Assembly: GCA_030706385.1 (NCBI GenBank)
Contig: JAUZOQ010000005.1
Location: 832-64,831, forward strand
Direction: 5' to 3'
Source of the DNA: Bacteroidota bacterium
GTDB lineage: Bacteria; Bacteroidota; Ignavibacteria; Palsa-1295
DNA: 64,000 nt
The position numbers and the translations under genes were made by a program. The number at the start of each line of letters is the position of its first letter. The first letter of the stretch is position 1. The notes beneath the pieces were generated by a model. The model saw nothing but the letters and a program-made list of their open reading frames with translations, did not search any database and was not told the DNA's origin. Shown here piece by piece: positions 48,878 to 59,597 of this stretch.

Positions 48878-49609
48878 TTACTTGCCCATTCCGGGAGAGG
48901 GCATATTCATCCCAACTTCCTGGATCTTAATGTCGGCCGGCACTTCAAACTTGCTCGCAGGGATCGAGGGATTCTCCTCGATCGAAGTTACGTGACTTTT
49001 GATCGACATCTTCCCCATCGTCATATCCATTTTCATTGGCTCGACGTTCCAGAATATCCAGGATTTCCCGCTCATTCCCATACCCTTCGAGCCACCCGTA
49101 TACTCATAAACCTTGCATTCTTTACCGAGGATCGTTTCCGTGCCTTCTTCCTTGATTCCCATTTCCTTCTTCATATCTTCGCCCATATTCTTGAAATCCA
49201 TGTTTGCAGGAATGGCGAACTTCATCTTTGTGCCGGTCTTCTTATCCATGTCAAATGAATAGAGCCATCCGTCCTTAATGATCTTCATTTGGGTTGTTTT
49301 CACCGATGTTTTGCCAAAGCTGATCGTGTTAGAATTCTCCTCACAGATCTTTGCGCCATAATCGTCGAAATACTTTGTTGTCGTCCCTTTCATCCCCATT
49401 GTTTCGGTCTCTCCGTGAATGATACCGGATTTGACAGGGTATTTCCCCGCCATGGGGTTTGCTCCTGGGCTCGAGGCAGTTGGTTGCGAGGTTGTTGCGG
49501 CTGCTTTTGTCGAATCGGATGGTGCTGACGTGTCGGATTTTTTTCCGCACGCTGAAAGTGTGAGGGCAGAGAAAGCAACTGCGAATGCGAAAAGAATAGA
49601 GTGTTTCAT
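48878..49609 (-). CDS. Lipoprotein, DUF4412-like
   Basis: Lipobox LSAC; GTETILGKECKVYE, IPASKFEVPA. Confidence 0.75.
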   Translation of the reverse strand: MKHSILFAFAVAFSALTLSACGKKSDTSAPSDSTKAAATTSQPTASSPGANPMAGKYPVKSGIIHGETETMGMKGTTTKYFDDYGAKICEENSNTISFGKTSVKTTQMKIIKDGWLYSFDMDKKTGTKMKFAIPANMDFKNMGEDMKKEMGIKEEGTETILGKECKVYEYTGGSKGMGMSGKSWIFWNVEPMKMDMTMGKMSIKSHVTSIEENPSIPASKFEVPADIKIQEVGMNMPSPGMGK

Positions 49610-49775
49610 GAATGTATCGTTGATGTGTAGAAGAAAGAAGTTGCGGGCTTTGGCAAGAATTTCCCGCTTTCGGCCCCGATAAACGAGAAGAAATTCCCCG
49701 ATGGATAAGGAACTGAGTGTAAAAATAATACATTTTGAGCGGGTATTTTTCATTTGCATCAATTGTCTTACATCT

Positions 49776-50156
49776 ATGAATCGTTACCTTTCAATTCTAT
49801 CATTTGTAATTCTACTCTCGGCATGTTCGAAGAAAGAGGACAAGCCGGCTAATGCCAGCGACAGCCTGCTATCCAAGCCGATGACGGTTGATCCTATACC
49901 CGAGGCCCAGAAGAAAGATACGGCGAGTGGACTCCTGATCGATCAGGCACGCTTCCGCTCTCCGGAACATGAAGCTCTGTTGCAGCGCTTCGAAGTCTAT
50001 GATGTGGTTAATATTTATCACGATTTCAAATCGATCCGTAAACCCGGGATCACACAAGCGCAGATCGATTCTTTCGATAAGGCCAAGAAGATCTCCGTCG
50101 ATGAGTTGAAGGCCGTTCTCGAAGAAGGCGATAGACTTGGATGGTCGAAACACTAA
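49776..50156 (+). CDS. Small lipoprotein of unknown function
   Basis: MNRYLS...LLSAC lipobox. Confidence 0.7.
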   Translation: MNRYLSILSFVILLSACSKKEDKPANASDSLLSKPMTVDPIPEAQKKDTASGLLIDQARFRSPEHEALLQRFEVYDVVNIYHDFKSIRKPGITQAQIDSFDKAKKISVDELKAVLEEGDRLGWSKH

Positions 50157-50199
50157 AGAATCGAAACCGAAGTTTTAACTTTCATCAGACGATACTTTC

Positions 50200-50766
50200 T
50201 TGCACATCGTAGCTATTTCCGGCAGCCCGCGCCCTGGATCGGTATCGTCACAAATTCTGAATGTGGCCGGAAATCTTCTCGGATCAACCCAACACTTCAC
50301 GATCTATGAAGCGCTGCTCGAACTGCCGCACTTCAGTCCCGATCTTGATACGGAACCGGCAGATTTGGCAGTCATGGCGCTTCGAATATTGCTGCGCGAA
50401 GCCGATGGAGTGATCATCTGCACGCCGGAGTATGCTTTCAGTATGCCCAGTGTTCTGAAGAATGCTCTGGAGTGGATCGTCTCAAGCGGCGAAATGAATG
50501 AAATGCCTGTTCTATCTATCAGTACTTCTCCTCTGCCACCGGGCGGCGAATATGCGCATACGGAGTTGCGCATGGTGTTGAAGGCTCTGGGAGCACGAAG
50601 TGCAAATGAGAACATGCTTTGCATTGGCGCTACGCGAAAGAAGATCAGCCCTTCCGGTGGGATCCTCGATGCTGCGATCACGGAGAAGATCCGTGAAGAG
50701 GTGATCGCACTCACGAAACTCATGCACAATACTAATTCCGAACACGACACTATAGCGACGCACTAA
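50200..50766 (+). CDS. NADPH-dependent FMN reductase
   Basis: AISGSPRPGS, ADGVIICTPEY..S.P.VLKNALEW. Confidence 0.9.
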   Translation: MHIVAISGSPRPGSVSSQILNVAGNLLGSTQHFTIYEALLELPHFSPDLDTEPADLAVMALRILLREADGVIICTPEYAFSMPSVLKNALEWIVSSGEMNEMPVLSISTSPLPPGGEYAHTELRMVLKALGARSANENMLCIGATRKKISPSGGILDAAITEKIREEVIALTKLMHNTNSEHDTIATH

Positions 50767-50804
50767 AAAAATGTTATCTTACTTCTCGATTCTCATTACT
50801 TGCC

Positions 50805-51737
50805 ATGCATCACGCTAATCGGCGCGGATCGCTCTTCATCGTACTGGCAGCGCTCTTCTGGAGCACGGGTGGGTTATTCATCAAATCGGTTTCTCTCGAT
50901 GCATTCGGTATATCTTTGTGGCGCTCAAGCCTTGCGGCGATCACACTCTATATCCTTTACCGCATAAATTTTTTCGGAAAGAGATCGAATCCATCGGCAC
51001 AGAACGGTCTCGATCCAATTCCTTCACGGAAAGAATGGTATTCCCTGCGGACCGTCTCAACAGCGATGGTCTACGCAGCACTGCTCATACTTTTTGTGAT
51101 GGCAACAAAGCTGACGACAAGCGCGAATGCGATTTTCCTACAGTACACAGCGCCGATCTACGTTCTATTTTTCGATCCCATTATCTCGCGGACAAAGATC
51201 AAACTTGCCGATATCATTGCCGTATTCATCACGATCGCGGCCATGGGATTGTTTTTCATCGGTGAGTTCGATACATCTTCGGTTCTTGGAAATATTCTTG
51301 CGCTTGCAAGCGGACTATGTTTTGCTGCTTACGCCTTATTGCTCAAGCACGAAAAGACAACGGAAGCCATGCGGTGGCAATCGGTCATCGTCGGGCATGT
51401 TATTATTGTCATTATCATGCTTTTTCTTTTTCTGACAGGAAATGCACTTGCTGTGCCCCAAAATATTGGTGAGGCCGGGAAGCTGCTTTTCTTAGGGATC
51501 GTGCAGATCGGAGTTGCTTACGCTTTCTTTACAAAAGGGATTCATCATGTACGCGCTTTGGATGCGCTTCTGATCTCGATGCTTGAGCCCGTGCTCAATC
51601 CTGTGTGGGTTTATCTCGGAATCGGTGAAACACCCGGAGAGTATGCCATCGCCGGCGGTGCCATTATTCTGGCAGTGGTGATTATCAGAACCTGGAGCGA
51701 GGGAAGAAAGACCTCTATTCCCATCCCAATGCCTTGA
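50805..51737 (+). CDS. EamA/DMT transporter
   Basis: WSTGGLFIK, ANAIFLQYTAP, LEPVLNP.WV...GE.P. Confidence 0.9.
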   Translation: MHHANRRGSLFIVLAALFWSTGGLFIKSVSLDAFGISLWRSSLAAITLYILYRINFFGKRSNPSAQNGLDPIPSRKEWYSLRTVSTAMVYAALLILFVMATKLTTSANAIFLQYTAPIYVLFFDPIISRTKIKLADIIAVFITIAAMGLFFIGEFDTSSVLGNILALASGLCFAAYALLLKHEKTTEAMRWQSVIVGHVIIVIIMLFLFLTGNALAVPQNIGEAGKLLFLGIVQIGVAYAFFTKGIHHVRALDALLISMLEPVLNPVWVYLGIGETPGEYAIAGGAIILAVVIIRTWSEGRKTSIPIPMP

Positions 51738-52707
51738 TCAGGTAATAGGCGCCGGCTGCAATTCCTGCAGAGGCAGGTATGGTCAGAATCCATGCCCAGA
51801 TGATCCGCGTAGCAACTCCCCAACGAACAGCCGAAGGCCTCTTGATCGAACCGACTCCGACGATCGCGCCTGTTATTGTATGAGTGGTCGATACCGGAAT
51901 GCCCGCCGCTGCCGAGCCTAATAGCGTCACGGCTGCTGCCGCTTCAGCCGAGAATCCTCCGATCGGTTTCAGAGCTGTTATCCGCATACCCATCGTCTTG
52001 ACAATTCGCCATCCTCCCGATAGTGTGCCAAGCCCGATCGCAGCATGGGCTGCAAGGATAACCCAGAAGGGAATGTAAAAACTCGTTATCATCTTATTGG
52101 CAAAGAGTAATCCAGCGATGATACCCATGGTCTTCTGCGCATCATTCGTGCCATGCCCCAACGAATATGCCGCAGCAGAAAATAGTTGACCACGCCTGAA
52201 CCACTTATCGACTCCGAAAGGAGTGCTCCTGCGCGAAGCCCATGTAACGATCAGCATGATAAAAAATCCCAACACCATACCTATCAGTGGAGAGAGCACG
52301 ATGAAGAGTACAGTCTTCGTCCAGCCAGATACGATGATGACACTGAATCCGCCAACCTTTGCAATAGCCGCTCCGGCATAACCACCGATGAGAGCGTGAG
52401 ACGAGCTTGTCGGTAGCCCGAGCCACCATGTGATCAGATCCCATACAATAGCTCCGGCAAGCCCGGCCAGGATCACATAAGTCGTAACGACAGAAATATC
52501 CACCATCCCCGATCCTATTGTTTTCGCAACGCCGGTTCCGAATCCGAAGGCAGCAACAAAATTAAAGAATGCTGCCCAGATCACTGCCTGTCCGGGAGTC
52601 AGAACACGAGTAGAAACGACCGTTGCAATAGAATTGGCAGCATCATGAAAACCATTGATGTAATCGAAAATGAGCGCGATGCCGATGACGATATAAATTA
52701 GAGTCAT
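51715..52707 (-). CDS. pitA: Low-affinity inorganic phosphate transporter (PiT)
   Basis: NGFHDAANSIAT, GLPTSSSH, HGTNDAQK, PVSTTH. Confidence 0.95.
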   Translation of the reverse strand: MTLIYIVIGIALIFDYINGFHDAANSIATVVSTRVLTPGQAVIWAAFFNFVAAFGFGTGVAKTIGSGMVDISVVTTYVILAGLAGAIVWDLITWWLGLPTSSSHALIGGYAGAAIAKVGGFSVIIVSGWTKTVLFIVLSPLIGMVLGFFIMLIVTWASRRSTPFGVDKWFRRGQLFSAAAYSLGHGTNDAQKTMGIIAGLLFANKMITSFYIPFWVILAAHAAIGLGTLSGGWRIVKTMGMRITALKPIGGFSAEAAAAVTLLGSAAAGIPVSTTHTITGAIVGVGSIKRPSAVRWGVATRIIWAWILTIPASAGIAAGAYYLIKALGWE

Positions 52708-52740
52708 GATCAGTGCACGAAGAAGTGAGAATGAGAGTTC

Positions 52741-53388
52741 TTATGCGTACTTGATGACGACGCCTTCAATGACGTTTGCGACGTGCTCACACTTATCAAT
52801 GGCCTCTTCGATATCGCTTAAGATCTCTTTAAGCTTTATCAATTCGATCGGATCCTTTTGTTCGCGGAATAATCGCGCGATCGCATTATGATAGATATCA
52901 TCGCCGGCATTTTCGCAGGTATTGATGTGCTCACAAAGGCGATGGATCTCCTCCCGGTTCTTCATGTTCGATAGCATCGGCACGGCCTGAGCGAGACTAT
53001 GGACGGCTTTGCAGAGCGTATCAGTAAGATCGCGGAATTCATTCGGAAAGGTCGTGACTTCATAGAGTACCGTACGCAAGGCCGTATCTTCCATCAGGTC
53101 AAGAATATCATCCAAGATCGATGCAAGGGCATAAATGTCTTCCCTGTCTATCGGAGTGATGAAGGTTTGGGAAACATCATTAAAGATATCATGGGTGATG
53201 ATATCTCCCCGGTGTTCCGCATCTTCGATCTTTGAGATCAGGATCTTCCGCTCGGCGGGCGAGCCGGCGTCCAAAAGAAGACGGAGATCGGTCGAAGCTG
53301 ACTGGATATTCCCTACATTGGCCGTAAAAAGATCGAAATACTTGTTCTCCTTGGGGAGCATCGATCGGATAAAGTTGGCAAAGCCCAT
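52741..53388 (-). CDS. DUF47 (PhoU-like) Pit accessory protein
   Basis: EHRGD, TFITPIDREDI..L...LDDILD, E..GD. Confidence 0.93.
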   Translation of the reverse strand: MGFANFIRSMLPKENKYFDLFTANVGNIQSASTDLRLLLDAGSPAERKILISKIEDAEHRGDIITHDIFNDVSQTFITPIDREDIYALASILDDILDLMEDTALRTVLYEVTTFPNEFRDLTDTLCKAVHSLAQAVPMLSNMKNREEIHRLCEHINTCENAGDDIYHNAIARLFREQKDPIELIKLKEILSDIEEAIDKCEHVANVIEGVVIKYA

Positions 53389-53400
53389 AATTGTGCGGTG

Positions 53401-53428
53401 ATATTACGAAATTGTTAAGGCAAAATTA
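53401..53428 (-). promoter_or_regulatory. TAATTTTG -7 box (53421-53428) with adjacent candidate Pho box (53401-53418)
   Basis: TTAACAATTTCGTAATAT, 14/18 identical to the site upstream of the pst porin. Confidence 0.55.
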
Positions 53429-53562
53429 AGGAGGAAACGGAGTCCGAGCCGCATTTTCGGGATTCCGTGGAATTTCCCATTCCGACGCACATGCAGGCAA
53501 TTCCGAATGATTGCCGGGCAACTCTTTGATTCAGAATTTCTTAATCAACGCAATCAGGGACC

Positions 53563-54273
53563 CTAGTCTTCATCTTTGAGGCTAATATCTTCCGGAAGGT
53601 GATGCTTCATCATTTTTGCTTCGACGATAAAGACGACATCTTCGGCAATATTTGTCGCATGATCGGCAAGACGCTCCACATGTCGGATTACAACCATGGC
53701 ATGAGCTGCAGGTTCGATATGGCCAGGATCGGATTTCATTTCGGCGATCAATTTTTCGAATGCCTGACGGGCGATCTCGTCGACGGTATCATCACGATCG
53801 AATAGCGACCGGGCAAGCTCTGCATCATTATTGATAAATGCATCGAAGGCATCGCGAAACATTTTCGTTGCTTCTGCGATCATGTTCTTGATACCGACAC
53901 GCTCTAAGATCTCTGTATATCCGGCAAGCGGCTCGACTCGTTCGGCAAGATTGACTGCAATATCGCCGATCCGCTCGAACTCGCTATCGATACGCATTGC
54001 AGCGATAAGCATGCGCAGATCGATAGCCACAGGCTGCGTCAGAGCAAGGATACGCTGGCATAAGCCATCGACCATCAGATCGTATTCGTTCACGCGTGCC
54101 TCGCGCTTCAGGACGAAGCGAGCCGCTTCCATATCGGTCTGCAGCACTGCCCGAGTAGCAAGCTCGACTTGCTCATCGACAAGTGAGCCCATGCGAATAA
54201 GCAAGGCGCGCAATTTTTCCAGCTCATCTTCAAAGTGACGATGAATCCGCGGAGTAGTTGATAATGTAGCCAT
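53563..54273 (-). CDS. phoU: Phosphate signalling protein PhoU
   Basis: QPVAIDLR, ERIGDIAVN, DDTVD, ERLADHATNIAE. Confidence 0.96.
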   Translation of the reverse strand: MATLSTTPRIHRHFEDELEKLRALLIRMGSLVDEQVELATRAVLQTDMEAARFVLKREARVNEYDLMVDGLCQRILALTQPVAIDLRMLIAAMRIDSEFERIGDIAVNLAERVEPLAGYTEILERVGIKNMIAEATKMFRDAFDAFINNDAELARSLFDRDDTVDEIARQAFEKLIAEMKSDPGHIEPAAHAMVVIRHVERLADHATNIAEDVVFIVEAKMMKHHLPEDISLKDED

Positions 54274-54338
54274 ACGTTTTTCTATGCTATTGAATACTGT
54301 TACTGGCGAAGTTTTGTAACGGGTCTGTGTACGACCGT

Positions 54339-55097
54339 TTAGCCGAATCTTCCGGTAATATAATCTTCGGTTTGCTTCATCTTCGGATTCGTGAACATAT
54401 CTCGCGTATCTCCGATCTCGATAAGCTCGCCCAGATAGAAGAATGCCGTCCGATCGCTGATGCGCGCTGCCTGCTGCATATTATGCGTAACGATTATGAT
54501 CGTATAATTCGTTTTGAGCTCGAAGATCAGTTCTTCGATCTTCGATGTCGAGATCGGATCGAGCGCAGAAGTAGGTTCGTCGAGCAAGATCATTTCCGGT
54601 TTCATTGCGATCGCTCGGGCGATGCAAAGCCTTTGCTGCTGGCCGCCCGAAAGGAAGGCTCCCTTCTTATGCAGGCTATCCTTCACTTCATCCCAGAGTG
54701 CAGCTTTCTTTAATGAGGTTTCGACGATCTCATGCTTTTCCGGTCTCTTCATTTTTATTCCATTGAGAAGATATCCGGCGATGACGTTGTCATAGATACT
54801 AAGATTTGGGAAAGGATTTGGCCTCTGAAACACCATTCCGATCCTGCGGCGGAGCATCATCGCATTCATCGCATAGACATCTTCGCCATCAAGTAGCATC
54901 TCTCCGCTTGATCGTGCTCCGGGCGCAAGCTCATGCATACGATTTATGCATCGGAGATAGGTCGTTTTTCCACAACCCGAAGGACCCATCATTGCAAGGA
55001 TCCTCTTGCGCGGAATTTGCATGGAGATATCCTTGAGCACCTGATGGTCTCCGAAATATGCATTAAAATTCTTTGACTCTAAAATTGCACTTTCCAT
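54339..55097 (-). CDS. pstB: Phosphate ABC ATPase
   Basis: [41 protein letters not shown]. Confidence 0.97.
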   Translation of the reverse strand: MESAILESKNFNAYFGDHQVLKDISMQIPRKRILAMMGPSGCGKTTYLRCINRMHELAPGARSSGEMLLDGEDVYAMNAMMLRRRIGMVFQRPNPFPNLSIYDNVIAGYLLNGIKMKRPEKHEIVETSLKKAALWDEVKDSLHKKGAFLSGGQQQRLCIARAIAMKPEMILLDEPTSALDPISTSKIEELIFELKTNYTIIIVTHNMQQAARISDRTAFFYLGELIEIGDTRDMFTNPKMKQTEDYITGRFG

Positions 55098-55927
55098 CTC
55101 TTGATTAACAATTTTGAGATTATTGAGAGAATGAGTATCATGACGATGAGGATGAGCGAAGCTCCCCAGCCTTGCCGGTGCCAGTCGTCGTAAGGGCTCG
55201 TTGCATAATTATAGATGAGCAAGGGAAGCGAATGCACGGGTTGCAGTGCATTGAACGATAAGAACGGATTTCCGAATGCCGTGAAGAGGAGCGGAGCCGT
55301 CTCGCCGGCTATGCGTGCAACAGCAAGCGTAACTCCTGTGATGATGCCGCTCAGCGAATTTGGAATGATCACTCGAAGGATCGTCCGACTTGTACTAATG
55401 CCAAGAGCCAGCGATGCTTCTTTCATCGAATTCGGTACGAGCTTGATCGTTTCCTCCGTTGTCCGCACGATGACAGGCAACATCATGATGGCAAGAGCAG
55501 CACTTCCCGAAAGCGCCGAAAAATTTCCGATCGGGCTGACAAGCCACACATAGGCTACGATTCCTATGACGATGGAGGGAATGCCCTGCAAGATCTCGAC
55601 AAATAATCCGGCAATCTTTGCAAGCTGCGTATTCGGATATTCCGAAAGATAAACTCCGGCAAGTACTCCGACCGGTGCGGCAAACAAGGTAGCGTTGACG
55701 ATCAGCATGATCGTGCCGACTATGGCGTTCAGAATGCCGCCGCCGGATTCGCCGACAGGTTTCGGAAGCTGCGTCAGGAAATCCCAATTGATCGCGGAAA
55801 TTCCGTTGCTGATGATATAATATAGAATGAGCACAAGCGGCACTGCCGTCAGTCCGGCAAACAGGAATAAGGACAAGACAAAAAGCTTGTTCTTGGTAAT
55901 ACGCCATTTCAGAGCTGCGTTTGTCAT
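55079..55927 (-). CDS. pstA: Phosphate ABC permease
   Basis: [32 protein letters not shown]. Confidence 0.96.
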   Translation of the reverse strand: MTNAALKWRITKNKLFVLSLFLFAGLTAVPLVLILYYIISNGISAINWDFLTQLPKPVGESGGGILNAIVGTIMLIVNATLFAAPVGVLAGVYLSEYPNTQLAKIAGLFVEILQGIPSIVIGIVAYVWLVSPIGNFSALSGSAALAIMMLPVIVRTTEETIKLVPNSMKEASLALGISTSRTILRVIIPNSLSGIITGVTLAVARIAGETAPLLFTAFGNPFLSFNALQPVHSLPLLIYNYATSPYDDWHRQGWGASLILIVMILILSIISKLLIKRWKVQF

Positions 55928-56826
55928 TGCATTGCCATCCTCTTAATGATGTATCTTCCGAGGAGATCGAAGAGTACGGTCAGAACAAAAAGCATAAGTC
56001 CGATCTCGATCAACGAAGAAAGATAAATTTCTGTCGTTGCCTCGGTGAATTCATTGGCGATAATACTTGCCATGGTATTCGATGGATCGAAAAGGCTTTT
56101 AGCAAGCGTGTTCGAATTGCCTATCACCATTGTCACAGCCATTGTCTCACCGACAGCTCTTCCGAACGATAGGAGAAATCCGGCGCCGATACCCGACCGC
56201 GCATACGGCAGGATCACTTTACGGACAACTTCAAATCGTGTAGCACCCATTGCATACGCCGCTTCTTTCAAATTCAACGGCACAAGCTGAATGATCTCTC
56301 GCGCTACGGAAGCGGAGTATGGAATGATCATGATCGAGAGAACGATCGTTGCGGCAATGATACTCACTCCGAATGCAGGCTGAATATTCTGTGACACCTC
56401 GAAATTTCTGATGATCGGAACAAGAAAATATAGCGCTGTAAAACCGTAAATTACCGACGGAATACCGGCAAGCATCTCGAGTAGATTCTTTAGTATCGTG
56501 GCCAGGAAGCCGGTCCGGTAATATTCACCCAATAAGATTGCAAGAGACATTCCAAATGGAAAAGAAATTGCAAGTGCCAGAACTGCAGTTACAACGGTAC
56601 CGACGATATACGGCAGCCCGCTGAACATTCCTGTTACCGGATTCCACGTCTGGCCTGTAATAAACCCGAAGCCGAATACTTTGATACTAAGAATTGATTT
56701 GGCTACGAGCGTAACGAAAACTCCAACGAGCAGAAGGACGAGAAAAGACGCACAGATGACAAGGATCCTGTGGAAGATCCCTCCCTCTTTATGCGGCTTA
56801 TGGTAACTTGTCTTTTCCTGATTCAC
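55924..56826 (-). CDS. pstC: Phosphate ABC permease
   Basis: LAGIPSVIYG, EAAYAMGAT, GRAVGETMAV. Confidence 0.96.
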   Translation of the reverse strand: MNQEKTSYHKPHKEGGIFHRILVICASFLVLLLVGVFVTLVAKSILSIKVFGFGFITGQTWNPVTGMFSGLPYIVGTVVTAVLALAISFPFGMSLAILLGEYYRTGFLATILKNLLEMLAGIPSVIYGFTALYFLVPIIRNFEVSQNIQPAFGVSIIAATIVLSIMIIPYSASVAREIIQLVPLNLKEAAYAMGATRFEVVRKVILPYARSGIGAGFLLSFGRAVGETMAVTMVIGNSNTLAKSLFDPSNTMASIIANEFTEATTEIYLSSLIEIGLMLFVLTVLFDLLGRYIIKRMAMQ

Positions 56827-56896
56827 AATTGATGTGTGAAATGCAATTCAAAAAAGTGACACTTCCTGCTCACTGGCTACTCATTTCATTTCACGG

Positions 56897-56934
56897 AAAA
56901 ATCAGACGCCCGCTTTTTAGAGCTTGCGCCTGAT
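56897..56934 (-). terminator. Hairpin + U tract between pstS and pstC
   Basis: Minus strand ATCAGGCGC...GCGTCTGAT-TTTT; a common position for a pstS mRNA stabiliser or leaky terminator. Confidence 0.6.
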
Positions 56935-56963
56935 CTATCCGGGAGGTAACTTATGAGGTAACT

Positions 56964-58058
56964 TTATTGTAATATCGGCTTGCCGTCGTACGTCACGGAT
57001 TTTAACAATGACTCGCACTGCACAACTGCCGATGCCGGTACTTTTGCGTAATTAAGCGGTTCGTTATATGCCTGTCCGTCGTGAAGTGTCCACCACAGGA
57101 GCTTTACCAGAGCCGTAGCCTGATCGAGCGAGCGGCTTCCGTATTTCTGTTCCTTGTAGAGCAGCACCCACGTTGTTCCGGAGATCGGATAACCTTCGGC
57201 AACATCGGTATTGGTCAGGCTGAAGCGCATATCATCCGGCAGTTTGGTATTAGCTGCTGCCATCACTGATTGCAGAGACGGCGTGATGTTTGCACCTGAT
57301 TTATTCAGGACTTTCGCATAGCTCATGCTGTTCTGCAGTGCATAGATGAGCTCGACGTATCCGATCGAGCCAGGCGTTTGTTTGACGATGCCGGAGACTC
57401 CTTCGTTACCTTTGCCGCCCAAGCCTGCCGGCCAGTTAACGGAAGTGCCTGCTCCTACTTTTGTTTTCCATTCGTCGCTCACCTTGCTGAGGTAGTCAGT
57501 AAAGATGGCCGATGTGCCACTTCCGTCGCTACGATGGGTGACGATAATTTCCGTTGCCGGAAGCTTTACCTCAGAGTTCAATTTTGCGATCGCTGCATCG
57601 TTCCACTTCTTGATCTTACCGAGATAGATACCGGCAATCACTTCTCCCGTCATGTTTAACTGTCCGGTAACTCCGGGAATGTTGTAGGTTAGCACAACAG
57701 CTCCCATTGCAACAGGAATATGAATGACGGGAGCAGGCATACCGGCCATTTTCTCATCGTTCAAAAATGCATCGGACGCGCCGAAATCGACGGTCTTGCT
57801 CGTCAGCTGCTGAATGCCACCGCCCGAGCCGATCGACTGGTAGTTAACTTTCACGCCGGTCTTCGTATTATATTCATTGAATGTCTTCGAGAAGAGCGGA
57901 TAGACGAACGTAGAGCCTGCGCCGAGGATCGTCATCGGTGCCGTTGCAGTCGAATCGCCGGACTTGCCGCCGCTCTTGCACATCGTGAACGTGCTCAACG
58001 TCATTGCAGCCAATGCCAGAACCAGCAGTCGCGATATTGTATTTGTTCTTTTTTTCAT
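56964..58058 (-). CDS. pstS: Phosphate-binding protein
   Basis: GAGSTF, YQSIGSGGG, DFGASD, RSDGSGTS, GKGNEGV. Confidence 0.97.
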   Translation of the reverse strand: MKKRTNTISRLLVLALAAMTLSTFTMCKSGGKSGDSTATAPMTILGAGSTFVYPLFSKTFNEYNTKTGVKVNYQSIGSGGGIQQLTSKTVDFGASDAFLNDEKMAGMPAPVIHIPVAMGAVVLTYNIPGVTGQLNMTGEVIAGIYLGKIKKWNDAAIAKLNSEVKLPATEIIVTHRSDGSGTSAIFTDYLSKVSDEWKTKVGAGTSVNWPAGLGGKGNEGVSGIVKQTPGSIGYVELIYALQNSMSYAKVLNKSGANITPSLQSVMAAANTKLPDDMRFSLTNTDVAEGYPISGTTWVLLYKEQKYGSRSLDQATALVKLLWWTLHDGQAYNEPLNYAKVPASAVVQCESLLKSVTYDGKPILQ

Positions 58059-58095
58059 TGATAAGAAGATTGTAATCGTGTGGTAAAAATTGTAT

Positions 58096-59352
58096 TTAGA
58101 ATTTGTAGAATACGGTCAGACGCGGAACAAGTTCAAAATCGGAATTGAGTGCCGTACTTCCGACTAACTTGGAGTAATTGCCCACTGGTTGGCTGGAATA
58201 CGAATTATACCAGACGTTTGGCATAATGTGAACATTCTTATACGGAGTATAATCAAGTCCAACGACGAAGAAGTTTTCCTTCGTCGAAAGCGCTGCACCC
58301 GAGCCGATGAATCCGAGCGGAGTCGAAGCATTTGCGTAAATAACTCCGGTAAATGGAAGACCGCCGGTCGGATTAAACATGTCATATCTTGCGAAAGCAT
58401 TTAGCGAGTTTGGAATGATCTGCGCCGTTGCAAAGAAAGAGAGTCCGATCGTTTTTATATCATGCGTTTCGGGCGTCTTCGTTGCAACGACCGTATCGAC
58501 AATTCCATTGGTCGTGTTATACATGAATCCTTCAAAGCCTACCGTGAGCGGTACTGTTGTATAAGCAACATAGAGCTTGAGGATGGTTGCATCCTTCGAA
58601 GGTACTTCGCCGGCGACGCGGTTGATATCTCCATAAAGCTGAACATAGATCTTCTTTTCCATAAAGTATGACCAGAGATCAGCATACACCTTCTTATATC
58701 TATCGGTTTCAAGCTTCTGGCCGCTTCCATCGGCATACAAGATATCGTATCCAAAGTTGTGAGCATCGTCAAAAGAACCCGAAAGGCCTAAACCCAGATC
58801 GGCCGATTTAATAATGCCGTACTTATCGGTGATCGTCTTTTCGATCGAGCGGTATCCCCATTGTGTTTCCGAAGAAGGCACGAAGGCAGGGGTTGCCTGA
58901 GCTCCGAAGATCAACGTTGCATTCGGGAAGATATTTTTCCACTGGATGTTCGCAAGCTTCATATAGAATGAGCGTTCATTACCAAAATCAAGCGTCAGAT
59001 TGCCGCCGCCCACGCCGGTTCCTTCTTCGTAAGCCGCTAACCATTGCGTGGTGAAATTCTTGGAAATATTATAGGTATAACCGAGGTAGACGCGGCGGAT
59101 CTGCTCATTAGCGAATGCTTTTTGGTATGTTGAATACTCGCTATTGCCTCTGCCATTGGCCGCATTGCTCTGGCCTAAGGAATCTGCATGAACTTTCACT
59201 GAAATGTCACCGAAGAACTGACCCCAGAATGTGCCTGAGGGTTTGAATGTGGAATCCACTTCTCCGGCCGAGACTGTCTGTCCATAGGAATCAACTATCC
59301 CAAGGCAAGCAAAAAGTAACGAACAGACAACTCCTACTAGAATATGTTTCAT
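58096..59352 (-). CDS. Outer-membrane porin, probably phosphate-related
   Basis: Signal peptide, RRVYLGY, beta-strand pattern, C-terminal YKF; heads the pst operon. Confidence 0.78.
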   Translation of the reverse strand: MKHILVGVVCSLLFACLGIVDSYGQTVSAGEVDSTFKPSGTFWGQFFGDISVKVHADSLGQSNAANGRGNSEYSTYQKAFANEQIRRVYLGYTYNISKNFTTQWLAAYEEGTGVGGGNLTLDFGNERSFYMKLANIQWKNIFPNATLIFGAQATPAFVPSSETQWGYRSIEKTITDKYGIIKSADLGLGLSGSFDDAHNFGYDILYADGSGQKLETDRYKKVYADLWSYFMEKKIYVQLYGDINRVAGEVPSKDATILKLYVAYTTVPLTVGFEGFMYNTTNGIVDTVVATKTPETHDIKTIGLSFFATAQIIPNSLNAFARYDMFNPTGGLPFTGVIYANASTPLGFIGSGAALSTKENFFVVGLDYTPYKNVHIMPNVWYNSYSSQPVGNYSKLVGSTALNSDFELVPRLTVFYKF

Positions 59353-59413
59353 ATATTGATTTCCGATTGTGGTAGATTGGTAAGAAATAAAAATCCATGT
59401 CAACTATAGGATG

Positions 59414-59472
59414 CAAAAATGCCACTTGGACATTTTGTCCATGTTTCCCCTATATTATCAAATTATTATCAA
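59414..59472 (-). promoter_or_regulatory. pst promoter region: weak -7 (CATTTTTG), TGGACA-N3-TGTCCA palindrome and 11-bp-period direct repeat
   Basis: TATTATCAA at 59453-59461 and 59464-59472; palindrome at 59427-59441. Confidence 0.55.
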
Positions 59473-59597
59473 AACTCAAACGGCTCAAAATAGCCCGTTT
59501 ACGCAGGAAAGGGAGTTATGTATTTTGATGGAAAGAAGGAATATTCAGAGCCTTGCAACAGGTTCGAACAAAAATGCGGACACGAAGGGATTGTAGA

